Position numbers and translations under genes: made by a program. Of a DNA stretch of 64,000 nucleotides, positions 1-13,714 are shown in pieces. Origin of the DNA: Octopus bimaculoides (lineage: Eukaryota). The notes under the pieces were generated by a model. It was not told the DNA's origin and did not search any database. It was given only the letters and a program-made list of their open reading frames with translations. How positions within the stretch are numbered: the first letter of the stretch is position 1; every line of letters begins with the position of its first letter. The stretch lies in assembly GCF_001194135.2 (NCBI RefSeq), contig NC_068981.1, positions 47,504,739-47,568,738 on the forward strand, written 5' to 3'.

Positions 1-43
<43 letters not shown>

Positions 44-1049
44 ATGTATATACATGTCTGTATGTATATATATATATAATGGGAATGTTAACAGTAAGAA
101 AATATATAATTATTTGCAACATACATCTTCACTTTTTTTCACTTTTCATATTCTTTTAATAAGAATTTTTGAAAATAATAAAAAAATAAGATAGGCTGTC
201 AATTTCTTTAAATCGGGAACATAAATAGTTCCTTCACATAGTTAATATAAGACGTCATATTTCCAGATAAAAATCTTAAATACGTCACATTATTAAAATC
301 GGTGTCAATAGATGTCATGTATGCACACATGACACAAATTAAATGCTTATTCTAAGGATCTGAAATTGTTTACATAGGAGTTATATAGATCTATTTCATC
401 GGAATGAATTTTGATGTTTTTTTTATTATTTCTGAACTGTGAGCAGGTATTGATTTTATAGTGTGTGCCCTGTTAATTATCTTGGGTTTGGTATTTGTAT
501 GTATGTATGAATGTATATATGTATCAATCTCTCTAACTAATTATCTACCTACCTGTCTACTTATCAAGCCACACGTACATACATGTAAACACACATATCT
601 ATAGATATATTTACATATATATATATATATANNNNNNNNNNNNNNNNNNNNNNNNNNNNNNNNNNNNNNNNNNNNNNNNNNNNNNNNNNNNNNNNNNNNN
701 NNNNNNNNNNNNNNNNNNNNNNNNNNNNNNNNNNNNNNNNNNNNNNNNNNNNNNNNNNNNNNNNNNNNNNNNNNNNNNNNNNNNNNNNNNNNNNNNNNNN
801 NNNNNNNNNNNNNNNNNNNNNNNNNNNNNNNNNNNNNNNNNNNNNNNNNNNNNNNNNNNNNNNNNNNNNNNNNNNNNNNNNNNNNNNNNNNNNNNNNNNN
901 NNNNNNNNNNNNNNNNNNATAAATATACATAGGTAGATACATAGAGAGTGAGAAGTAATATAGATAGCAGGATGCAATGTTTTACTTTAAAAGGAAATTA
1001 TAATAGCGTATGGAAAACAATATGGATATATTCACAACTTAAAATTAAA

Positions 1050-2900
1050 CTGCATAAATTATAATTTAATTAATGTATAGTAAATGTATTCTCTCACTTC
1101 AATGATAAAATATTCCTGATAACACTAAATTTTTAAATTTATACGATAATGATATATTGTTTAAATAGTTTTACTAAGTTTTTTATCCGTTTCTTAAAGA
1201 GTTCCGTCCTTCTATTTTTTTGTATTTATATTGGCTTTATACAAACAACCCTTGTTTATTAAGTACCCCTAAGAAACTGTAATATCATTTATAGATTAAC
1301 ACAAATAACTTTTGAAATCTATATTATACCACTGAATTTAATATTAGTATATGATTAGCATGTCCTTTTAACAACAGTTATTCTTTTAACCAATACTGGG
1401 TTTCAGGCCTGATTATAATAAACTAAATAAGTAACAATTTGTAAGACATAATACTTAAATTATTATACATTTTCTATAAATACTTGGTATTGAAGTTAAT
1501 ACGGTATGGATATTTTATTATGGTTTTTAGTGATTAGTCTGTTTTTATTACTTTTTTTTCTATGATGCTCTATCCTAACTGATCATTTTATTATTGTTGT
1601 GGTTATTATTTTATAGTAGCCTTAAATAAATCTAAATGTTATACCCCTATTAATTCGTATCCAGCTTACATAAGGTAATACCGGTATCTCGACAACTTAA
1701 CATGGTTCAATTTAATTAAATCAGTATATAGTTGACATGTTCTTTAACCTCACTTGCACCTTTATTAAATATCAGTTAAACCTATTTGATCAATTTTCAT
1801 AGAAACCATATGACAAGTTAATATTTAAATAAGTAATAATAAAAATAAATATTAAACTATTCCTTTCCAATTTTTTTCCTCCCTCTTTTGTGGTAAAAAA
1901 ATGGTATATAATCAAAATATTCAAAGAGATTTTATACTCTTGTTAAAATTTTCATTCTTAATAATCTTCCTGATTACCCTAAAGTTTAACTTTATACGAG
2001 ACAATATTGTTTGAAATGATATTTAGAAATTCCTTTATTTATCTCTTTCTTAAATGGCTCTACCCTTCAGACCTTAGTCTTTATAAGGGTCTTTATATAA
2101 ATAACTCTTGTAAACAAGAACCACTAAGAAACTATAAATATCACGTAGGAAGTAACACTAATAAGTACTTAAACCTATAATATTACGCTTAATTTAAAAA
2201 AGAAATTGTGTAAAATATGTTTGTTCCATAAGTTAAATATTCCTTTAGCCGATGCCAGACATCGGTCTGTTATTGATATCAGCTGGATATGTAAATATAT
2301 AATTTTAGTCCAATATATTTTTAATTATTATACTTTTTCTGAAAATCTTCTCTATTGGTGTTAATAAGCTACATATATATCACCATAGTATTATTAATTA
2401 AGTCATTTTATTTCCTTTTCTATGGTGTTCTTTTCTACTAGATTATTTTATTTAATTTCTTTATTATTTTATAATTAGCCTTTATTTATTTATAGAATAA
2501 ATCTAATTTTTGTATCTCTATATATTCATACTTAGCTTATATAAAACTATACTGCTATGTTCACAACTTATTAAAAAAAATACTACTTAGATTATAAATT
2601 TATTCATATATAATCAGCATGTTCCTTTACCTCAATACTCCTTTATTAATACCAGTATATACCAATTAATCAATTATCACAGATATCATTTGATGAGTTA
2701 ATATTTAAGTGTACAATATGTATAAATATGAAACTATTTCTGGATCATTTCTTTTCCTCCTTCTATTGTAGTAAAAGTTTGGTATATACCCAAAAGTATT
2801 CATAAATTTCTATCCTTTTGTTATAATATTCTTCTTAATAATCCTTTGAATAACCCTAAATTTTAACTATATACAATATAGCAACATTGTTTTAAATATT
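1050..2900. repeat. Highly diverged ~865-bp tandem repeat (about 2.2 units)
   Basis: The same motif recurs at ~1121 (aacactaaatttttaaatttatacg), ~1975 (taccctaaagtttaactttatacg) and ~2852 (aaccctaaattttaactatatac). 1735-2010 aligns by eye with 2620-2900, and 1340-1660 with 2210-2520. Confidence 0.65.
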
Positions 2901-3269
2901 TAACTATAGTACTACATGATAAGACTTCCCCCTGTTTCAGTATCAATGGTCTGCTAGTGGGCGACCCGCTTAATTATCTGATAACATGTTGTTTTAAGTT
3001 TTCCTTTACCAAACCACATGATATTGTTTCTAATAAATCTTGATTTTTTATGACTATACCAAATATGATGTCTGTCTGTTCCTTAAGCCCTAACAGTAGC
3101 AAACATACTGCCTTCTGTTCTCTCAGCCTTAGATATACAAGGGATTTGATAAACTAGTCTAAAATTAAAACTGACTCCATAAAAACAAAAATTGTTTGTG
3201 CAGTGGTGGTGGGGGACAAACACACGCAAATGCACCCCCCCCCATATACATATATATATATATATATAT

Positions 3270-3445
3270 AATACATACGATGAAATTCTTTCCGTCTGCC
3301 AAATCTACTCACAAGTATTTGGTCGGACCGTGGCTTTAATATAAGACACTTCCCCAAGGTGCCACGAAATGGGACTGAACCCAGAAACATGTGGTTGAGA
3401 AGCATGTGGTTGCGAAGCATATGGTTGCGAAGCATATGTTTGCGA
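3270..3445 (-). mobile_element. tRNA-derived SINE fragment (family 1, CORE-like ccttgggcaagtg body)
   Basis: Matches the copies at 29628-29920 and 48345-48618 (aaggtgccacg...gggactgaaccc...catgtggttg). Ends in three 15-bp tandem copies of gaagcatrtggttgc. Confidence 0.75.
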
Positions 3446-3479
3446 ATCAAGCTAATTGCCACGCAGCCACGCAGAAACA

Positions 3480-4190
3480 CAAGAACTCCAGTTATAACAA
3501 AGTAAATGAGGCAGGGTATTTAAGAGAAATCCTCTCGCTCGGCAGTGGAGCGAGAAGGAAATGGACAGCGAAGAGAACAAGTTAATGATGTCGTCCTACT
3601 TGAAAATTTAACCAAAAATTAACCAAGAAAACTTATGTTAGCACTTTGGGTAGGGTGGTTATCGTTGTAGTAACAGCATGGAGACTATTGGACCACTCTA
3701 GAGAGTGGAGACTATTAGACCATAGCTGCACCACCGATCAGGAAGGGAAACTTGATACCAGCGGCCTAAGTGAGGAAGATCAGAAGATTTTAGATAAGTT
3801 GAAGGAAGCGACGAGTAAAGAAGAAAGAAAATGATTACCAGTATTAAATGGTGTGGATTGAAGGTGCTTGGTAGATATTATTAGGAAAGTAGATTATGTT
3901 GGCTGTAACACAGTTACTAAGAATATAATTTATACTAATTTATTGATTTATGCATGAGAGTAATAGTTGTTACTAGCAGAATAGTGTTCCCCAAGAAAAT
4001 AATCGGAGAGGGTAGATGTGGAAATGAGCATTAAAATATAAGATAACAACCTTTAAAATATTGTCAATATAAATAAGACTTGGAAACAGGACAAGTGAAG
4101 AAACAAGATTTGAATTTTCTGTTGAGAAAATATACGTAGTGAAGGAGAAAGGATCAGGGATAGTCAAGGAAGAGATAAAATAATGAATCA
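3480..4190 (+). pseudogene. Decayed N-terminal region of an RLE-type (R4/Dong-like) non-LTR retrotransposon ORF
   Basis: ~3830-3950 translates K*LPVLNGVD*RCLVDIIRKVDYV..TVTKNIIYTNLLIYA, resembling the LP.L..VD..KV...I.T.N.LIYA pre-RT motif of R4/Dong-like ORFs. Contains many stops. Confidence 0.5.
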
Positions 4191-4210
4191 TAACAATAGC
4201 TTGTAATTAA

Positions 4211-4662
4211 TATTATTATTATTGAATGAGAGAGCAGCATACACCATCAAACAGGACACTGAATTTTAAAAATGCGAAGCCAAATATACACAGTATGACT
4301 TACAGTCTGATAAGTGTACACCAGGTACGTGTATCAGAATCATATGTGCGCAACATGGTGACCTCATATTAAGATAAACAGTGTATCATCTTTCAGCAGG
4401 TGCGCCGTTAGAGTTTCTTTTACATCGAGTACCCTATCTCACTCGAAAGGTACTTGATTAAGGGATGTTTAAAAGCGGTGAACAAAACAGCCATGTTTTC
4501 AGGGATGAATCATTAAAACCCCAAAGAATCCTCCAATGCGATTCCTGTTTGTGATCAGAGATGCAAAAACCGTCCACCACTAATATGCTGAGTTGGTTAA
4601 TGTCAAGCATCTGACAAGCACATTTCTGGTATTGAGCTGAATACTTGTTGTAGCCCACCTTT
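4211..4662 (-). mobile_element. Interspersed repeat with (AAT)n tail, probable non-LTR retrotransposon 3' UTR
   Basis: Reverse complement of 43450-43915 (attattattgaatgagagagcag vs ctgctctctcactcaataataat). Confidence 0.75.
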
Positions 4663-5519
4663 TATATATACGCAATTATTTCGGGAAATTCTGCTTTCAA
4701 AATCATTTAAGGAAGTAAACTAGAGATAGATTCACTCTGATATAAGTTCTTATTCTGTCTTTTAAGGATTGAAGCATTATAATTCCTCAGAGGACACACA
4801 TGCAATAATTTATCAGTTATTCAGAATATTATCAATGCAAGTGTAATAGTCCATTTCAATGTTTAATCTGAAATTTCGTATTCATTTTGTATCCGGACAG
4901 TTTTTGTGTAAACTTTTATAAGTATGTTCTACAAGGCATCCACAAACTTGCATTCACTACAGATATTAATACATTACTTATGTTCAAAGTATGGTTTCGG
5001 TCTCTTAAAAATGTTCACATAATGTGTGACGCTTCCCCTGGATTACGTGGACACGAGCGGTAATTCTTTGAGATGTTACTTTCAGAAATTGATTGTTTCC
5101 TTTAAATCTATTGATCCAAAAATTAATACGTCATCTAATATATAAAATAGAGAAGTGTGTGCACTGGTTTTTCACGTTAAAATGGCTTCACCAATTGCTT
5201 CCATAATTTTGATGCATGAATAATTTGACCTGAGACACATGTTAGGGTCTTCAATTGATTTTTTATTGAAAATAAAAAAAGGGTATTTTTATATTGAATT
5301 CACGTCTCTGGAAGGTTTTTTAATTATTTACTCCCGCTTTTCTAGCGTCAGTCACGTTTATGTCGCCCTATCTATATCTCTCTATCCATCTCTATCTCCA
5401 TATCTATCTCTCCATCTATATCTTATCTATCTATCTTATTTGTCAAACTAGCCAGCTCTCTCTCTCTCCTTCCTATCTCTCTATATCTCACTCACTCTGT
5501 ATTTTTTTCATTTTCATTT

Positions 5520-6965
5520 TTCAGACACTATTGTTTTCACTGTAAGTTTTCCTTCGCTATTTACAATCAACTAAGACAAATTACTGGCAGAAAGAATTTC
5601 ATAATTACTGATGAAAGTAAATTCCTACATAATTAACTGAAAGAAGTTACATCATAAATTTCACTTCAATCCGCGTACACTTCGTTAAATTTGCCTACAC
5701 ATTTCTTTTTTTTTTTTGCTATTGACAAAATTACGGATAAAAGTAAGTTCATAATTTACTGATGGAAGTATCTTCAAAATTTTCACTTAAATCCGTAAAC
5801 TTAGTTAATTTCCTTAAAAATTTCTTATATTTACTTTTGCTACGGTCTTGTTTTTTTCTTTTGTTAACGGCTTTTTTGTGGATCCTTCGGTACTGACTCT
5901 TTGATTAATTGACAAATTTCGCTTTAACCCGCACGTGTTTATTTTCTGTAAAAATTTCTTATTTCTTATCTACCCGTCATATTAAGAAATATAATTTCCG
6001 TTACACAGTTATTTTCATTGTTTGCTATCTCATGCACCCATGTATTTCTGTGCGCATGTATAAATATGCCTAGAAGGAAAGTATCGAATTTATCTACAAT
6101 ATCAAGGTCAGCTAAATAAATCTTTCTATTCAGGGAAAGAGAGACAGCTGTAGAAAGGGAAACATACCAAGAAGCGAACGGACTATGCATTACAAAAGCT
6201 AGAGCATCTCAAAATGATAGACAGAGGTGTGCACGGTTGACAGAGGTATGCAGGGCAAAGAGCAATTGCAACAGCTCTGAGAAGCAACTTCTATAAAGCA
6301 GCTCTCAAATATGATCCAGCAGTTCATTATGCAGATGACACTACAGTTTCCATTGCTGCAATGACAACTGAGTGCATACATTGTAAAGCAAAGAAGTGGC
6401 CTCGAGAAACACCTGCTCTGTGCTGCAATGGTGGAAATGTTAAACTCCACCCAAACCCCAAACCTCCTGAATCATTGAATCATTGAAGAAATTGTTGTCG
6501 TCAACTGACCAAGATTCCAAGCACTTCCAAAACAAAATACAACGCTGCCCTACAGATGACATCATTTGGAGCCGCAAAGAGATTTAACTGAGTTAGGATT
6601 CATGCAAATTTTCAAAATCCAAGGTTACATTCATCATCGGATTGGCATTCTACTACCTTTGTCAAATAAATCATTAAAATTGGCCTTTGATGGTTTAATA
6701 TTCTGTACCTGTGTTTTAATTACGAAATAAGCTGGATGAAGCGTGTTTGGGAATTACGTGTATTTACTTTAAATACGTGTAAGAATTGAAAACTTTCTTT
6801 TAACATTTTACTTAACGTCTATGTTCCATGCTGGCATGGGTTGGAAAGTTATTAATGTAAAAAGTTGGTATCTCAGCTACTAGCAGTTGAGACCTGCGTA
6901 ATCTAGACGGCGTTTTTAAATTTCATTATTCTCTTCAACCCGGAAAACGCTGGGTATTTCTGCTC
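5520..6965 (+). mobile_element. Internally deleted, decayed Helitron
   Basis: 6290-6680 translates ...SIAAMTTECIHCKAKKWPRETPALCCNGGNVKL...PPESLKKLL...NAALQMTSFGA...FKIQGYIHHRIGILLP, matching the Helitron RepHel N-terminal Zn-finger and QMTSFG/YHRIGSLLP motifs. 3' hairpin acccgg-aaaacg-ctgggt followed by atttctgct at 6938-6964. Short subterminal repeats at 5650-5940. 5' boundary uncertain. Confidence 0.75.
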
Positions 6966-9900
6966 TTCCTATTACCTATTATAAAGCAAATACAAAGTTT
7001 AGATTTATAAGTAAAACTACCACTCACTCAACATATTTTTATACAAATGTAATATCACATAAGAACGTCCTACATAAATTGTGCATGATCCTTGTATTAA
7101 GGAAAGGCTGGAACAAAGATGGGATAATTAGCTAACATAATGATTGGAGATAGGTACTACATAATTTAAATACTAAATATTTCATAGATACACACATATT
7201 CATTACGTACAGCAATATCACATTGCTTTTAAAACATATTTTAGTTAAGATTATTCCCTTATTAATAAGTACGACAAATATCATCTTTTACAAGATATAC
7301 ATATTTTACAATAATTAATATATTGCATGTACTTACATGTTAAAGTGCACAAAAATATCTTATATGCAACAACATTATAAAATTACTTCAATAAAAATAC
7401 AAACAGTGTTAGGAATTAAATTGGAGTATATTAAAGTAATTCATGAATTTCAATTTATCTACGATGGAACAAGGAGGAGCAATGTTTTCAGGGACGTGAT
7501 GGCAGCACAGTATGTAAAGTGTGTACGTTAATGCTGACATATTTTATTCTGTCAGTGTGCTGCATTCTTGCAGTATCATAAATAATATAACACTTATTTA
7601 GCAATGCATTTATAAGCACATCGTATTTGAAGAATCATATTTACAATGTATAACACTAAGTAACTACGGTTTATGATTTATTATTTCCAAAATTCGATTT
7701 ATAGATATTACACATCAGATTTATATACAGATAAGTATTTGCTGCATCATTTCTGTAGGTATTTCTTATAGCTATTGCTATCAATTTAATTATTAAGATG
7801 ATATTTGTGTTTGGATTCGAGAACTAATAATTTTGAGAAATACGTGGTTTTTGAATGACATTTGTTAATATTCATTAGAATATAAAGAAACCTAATTGAG
7901 AATACTTATTCATATATTTCGGAAGATTGCATATTTTCAATCCTCGTCACAAGACAATTGGTATTTGGCCCTTTTGACACTAGATTTTTTATTTATAGTA
8001 GGTTAATGGCATCAGCATACAATACTTCTTGCACGATCCTTAGAATTATTGTCATATAACATGAGCCACTCACTGCAAGAACAACAAGCGATATTCGTGT
8101 TGGCATGAATATATATTATATGTTCCCAATATTAGAAATGACATTATAAAACGCAAATGAGAATACATTCCCATGGTAAATGTATCGAAAGAAAAGGTTA
8201 TACAAACATGCATATTCTGTATTTTGAGAGGTTCATATTTATTTATGGCATGTGAAGAAATATATGACACCCTCTTCATAGTCAATAAACAATGTATAAG
8301 CCAATAAATGCGTTTGTACATTGTGCCGTTAGTTTGGAAGAAACTTAACGTGAACTTGTGCGTTGTAAACTTTTTTTTTATTACAAAAGGGTCGCTAGGG
8401 CAGTAAGAGACACACTCACTCGTTCTATTTCACTTTAGTAATCGTCGACTTGGTAAACTACTCCCTTAAATGAGTGTTTGATAAATCGTTCGTTCGGCTA
8501 ATCACTCAGTCAATCAGATAAATTAATTAATTATTTCTATCAATGGCATGCGTGATTTCATTAATGACAGGCCCTCTCTACTCATGTGCACATGTATTGG
8601 TGTGTGCACGTGTGGGTGAATATGCGCGCGCGCGCGTGTACGTGCGTATTTATGTATGTGTGAATATGATTGATATCTAAATTTAAATTTATATTCTGAA
8701 AACAATTTTGTGTTTCCGTTCGAACAAGAAATGAAACCTGTATATTTTGTAGAAATAATTTGTTAATGAGTGGTAGAATTTGGTCATCCACAGTTCGGAC
8801 TGTCATAAACAGCTAAAGCACGTGATCATATCTGTACATATTCTTCATATTTCCACAGCACCAATTGATTATTCCGAAACCATGTTAAGAATGGTTGTAA
8901 TTTGTTTGAGACACTACATAATTCTCTTTGTATGTAAGGCGTTACACAAATACAAAAACAAAAATATTGAAAAGAAAAGAATATCTGTAGAGTTATCCCT
9001 CGGCTATTGAGGGTGTTATGTTCCAAAACCCACCACGATAGTTAAATATCCACAAAGAAGAAACAGTACTGTACTACCGTACTCTATTAAATATATATAT
9101 ATATAATTTGTATATATTTATTTGATTATAAATGCCGAAAAAAACCCACCGCCACGGAGGAATCTACGTAAGCTTAAATAATAAACTGTTATAGGTGAAA
9201 GGCGATATATCGAAGGATTACTGTCATTAGAAATTCTATTGCTTTCCTATTTCATAGAATTAATTTTAAATATCAACATGGATTTCTTGCATTTCCTAAA
9301 CGTATCCAGGCCAAACATAAATGCCTAACCTGCCCTTTATGGGCAACTACTGAAACAAGCATCTAGAATGATCTAGGATTTTGTCATTTGAAATGCTGCT
9401 CTCTTTATAACGTGTGACAAAGAACAAAAACTGTATGCTGACGAAGTATATCACCATATCTATATTAACTAGAATATATACTATGATCACTAAAATCCAG
9501 GAAAAATGTAATATTTCTTTTTATTGTTTAGATTCATTTCGAAGATTAATGATAAAGAACTTTACAGTCACATGCTTTACTGAAAATATTTCTTTAGATA
9601 TATAAGAATATTTTTTCTCCTTTTCCGCAGTCACGTATAGCATTCGCTCTCATTTTTTTTCTGTTCATCATCTTTTCCTCTCTTGTTTATATATATATAT
9701 ATATATATATNNNNNNNNNNNNNNNNNNNNNNNNNNNNNNNNNNNTTTAAAATATTGCGACGTACTTAATTCCCAGTGACTTTTTTCTAGAATGCGTCTA
9801 CTATACTATTCTTTAGCTTCTGATATTAGATTTATTGGGATTTTCTTATAAAATATTTCATATTGAACATGAAAATGACAACAACATTATGTTTATCCTT

Positions 9901-10067
9901 TCAAATAAGAGCCATACCAAAAATTCGGTAAAATACATTTTAAACAAACACCAATACCAATAATGTTGAATTCCATGCATCCTATTCAATTAAGGCATTT
10001 TACTCTACAAAGAAATACATAAACATTTAAAATACATTTTTCATTTATATATTTGTACAAATTTGCA

Positions 10068-10450
<383 letters not shown>

Positions 10451-12817
10451 CGTGGTAGTTATAATTTTCCTGGCAGATGAAGGCCTGTTTCAATATTAAT
10501 GAGATATGAGGTTTTAAGTTCGTTGCAAGAATGTGTGTGTGTGTGTATGTGTGTGAACAAACATCAAAGTATGTCAAAGGCGACGTACTTTAGACTTGGT
10601 CAGATAAAGATTTGAGCAGACGTTTTAATCACAATATAAAAGGCATTAGTCTTTACCTGTCTGACCGCATACAGTTGTCGAAATAGCTCGAATAGTAGCC
10701 ACTATAATAGCAACAATAATAAGAGAACGAAACTAAAACAAAATAAACTATGAACAATTGAGTAAGAAAATCAACAAAATCAGCAGTAAAAATAACAGCA
10801 GCAATAGCTGCAGCAACCCGCCAACCGCACCTGCCGCATTAATATACACATCATCATTAGCAAAAACAGTAACAGCAATAACTATAGTAGCATCATAGAC
10901 CACCACAGTAGCAGAAGAAAAGCAAAGACACTAATCATCAAGAACCACAGCAATGAAGTAAAAATACTTACAGGAAATACAAATGTATTACACAAGTAAA
11001 ACACGTCATATTCAAATATAGCGCTCTGTCGCCGATTACAGCCAAATATACATCTCCTCGCTAAGAAAGTAACTATTTACAGAAGGGCTTCAATCAGGGA
11101 AATACAAATCAAGGTATCACATCTCAAATCTACATAGATAAATATGTTGAAGAATTGTGCGTTGTAGTTTATAAAAATAAAGCTAAAGACTTCTGCGACA
11201 GAAAATGGAAGGCTCGTAGGATCTGTACAGCAGTTTCCATATTCCAGCAACTTTATATTACACCTTTATATATAAGTCGTCACTTTACAGACTTCACTGT
11301 CACTAACGAACCTCCTTGCACTAAAAACGATGTAAAAGAAGAGTAGTGGTAAGGATGAGGTTAACCATTAATAAAATCTAAAGTGGCACGAAGATACTAC
11401 ATACTTACCTCATTGTTGAGATTATGAGCCCTTGCGAGTAGTCGTTGAAGGTAGGCAATATAGCAGTATCGGCGATATACCTGTATTGATGGAGTGGTTG
11501 GCGTTATATTACGCAACATCGACTAACAATAAACCTACTGTAAAAAGAATGAGGGCAACTTCAAACACGATTCTGCAACGATTAAACATCGTGTGATAAA
11601 AATTAGGGTAAAAAATTAACTTCTTACTATTGACGTTTAGAAATAATTCAAGGGTATTAGATTCGTTTCTCATGTCTTAATGAATAATGGTATCTATGAA
11701 CAAGATTTTCGTTACCATTTTTTCTTTCTATATAAAAATAGATATTGTTACTACTTATAACCCAGTAAGACTTTAAAACAAAATCATATTTTTTTGTGAA
11801 CAAGAAGAAATACTGTCATCTTCGGACACGAATCTTCTCTAAATTTAAAAGAATATGTGATGCAAAATTTTGAAGAAGTTCTACTGGATCAGTTAATATG
11901 ATACTATAATTTGTGATGTTCAAAAATGTGAAACTGTAAAATAATAAGAAAATATAAGAAATAAACAATATTTAAATAACTTTTATGCTCCCTTACTACC
12001 TGTTCTCCCACTTAAATGAAAGTGTGTACTTTCGCTACGTGCATCATGCATTGTCTTCCTAGAATATAACATTATAAGGAACATGCGAGTTCCTTGAAAA
12101 CAGTTATGATCGTTATTTATATAGTGTAACATGTGATATACTATCAGCAATATAGTGATATATAATCATACTGAATCACCATGGAAACGTGTAAGTAAAA
12201 ATATTAGATGTCATTCAATTAGAGTCTTATTTCATGATGTCTGTCAGTTTACAATTTTCTTATGATGGGTTTAGACATTAAGATCCAATCATCCTTCAGG
12301 AAAAAAGATGGATGTGAGTAATTATTCGACAATATTAGATACATTTATGCTTATTACTAAACAAGTAAATATCTTTATGTCAGACACATCGATTACATCC
12401 GTAACATTAGAGAAAAAATATGTCAACCTTGATGTGAAAAAGAATATTTTGCAAATTCAAAGTAAATAACTTTATAATTCTGTTTGAAGCTGTATCCTTT
12501 CTTTTATTTGCCGTGTAACAGAAACATGTCAGATAACTTGATATTATTTGCTTCTTTTTCACATCATGATTATCATCATCATAGTCTCTTAGGCTTCCTC
12601 CTCTTCTTCTTCTTCTTCTTCTTCTTCTTCTTCTTCTTCTTCTTCCTCCTCCGCCTCCTCATCATCATCGTTTGTTCTTCATCGCTATGTTATTCGCCAT
12701 TAAAATGATTATCATTTCCTCCTTCTTCATTGCCATTGCGTGCTCGTAATAACATCTGGTGGAAGGCTTGATGATACACCACTGTCATGCAAGAAGTTGT
12801 GGCTGAAAATTAGTGAG

Positions 12818-12909
12818 TGACCTGAATAATAATAATAATAATGACAATAACAACAACAACAACAATATCACAAAATACCCGAGGAATGAGAACTCAGGTT
12901 CGAAATTTC
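12818..12909 (+). mobile_element. SINE family 2 body, head missing, runs into gap
   Basis: agtgacctg-(aat/aac)n-...gaggaatgagaactcaggttcgaaatttc followed by Ns. Confidence 0.7.
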
Positions 12910-13438
12910 NNNNNNNNNNNNNNNNNNNNNNNNNNNNNNNNNNNNNNNNNNNNNNNNNNNNNNNNNNNNNNNNNNNNNNNNNNNNNNNNNNNNNNNNNNN
13001 NNNNNNNNNNNNNNNNNNNNNNNNNNNNNNNNNNNNNNNNNNNNNNNNNNNNNNNNNNNNNNNNNNNNNNNNNNNNNNNNNNNNNNNNNNNNNNNNNNNN
13101 NNNNNNNNNNNNNNNNNNNNNNNNNNNNNNNNNNNNNNNNNNNNNNNNNNNNNNNNNNNNNNNNNNNNNNNNNNNNNNNNNNNNNNNNNNNNNNNNNNNN
13201 NNNNNNNNNNNNNNNNNNNNNNNNNNNNNNNNNNNNNNNNNNNNNNNNNNNNNNNNNNNNNNNNNNNNNNNNNNNNNNNNNNNNNNNNNNNNNNNNNNNN
13301 NNNNNNNNNNNNNNNNNNNNNNNNNNNNNNNNNNNNNNNNNNNNNNNNNNNNNNNNNNNNNNNNNNNNNNNNNNNNNNNNNNNNNNNNNNNNNNNNNNNN
13401 NNNNNNNNNNNNNNNNNNNNNNNNNNNNNNNNNNNNNN

Positions 13439-13479
<41 letters not shown>

Positions 13480-13480
<1 letters not shown>

Positions 13481-13662
13481 TTCTATATTCAATAAATGAG
13501 GAATTATGTACATTATTTACATTTGACGGATATTTGTCCTCATCTTTCTTGTTGTTAACACAACACTTCAGCTGATGTACCCTCCAGCCTTCATCAGGTG
13601 TCTTGGGGAAATTTTCAACCTAGGTTCTCATTCCTAAGGCATTTTCTATGTTGTTATTATCG

Positions 13663-13692
<30 letters not shown>
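13480..13692 (-). mobile_element. SINE family 2 body, head missing
   Basis: Matches 10068-10330. Contains agacacctgatgaaggctggagggtacatcagctgaagtgttgtgtt on the minus strand and ends at an (AAT)n tract. Confidence 0.8.

Positions 13693-13714
<22 letters not shown>

Noticed and set aside
4860-5330. Possible transposase relic on the minus strand
   Set aside because: A short open stretch, but with no motif I can assign to a family.
10978-11070. Possible minus-strand exon (ttactttcttAG ... GTaagt)
   Set aside because: Splice-like signals are present, but there is no recognisable peptide and such signals arise often by chance in AT-rich DNA.
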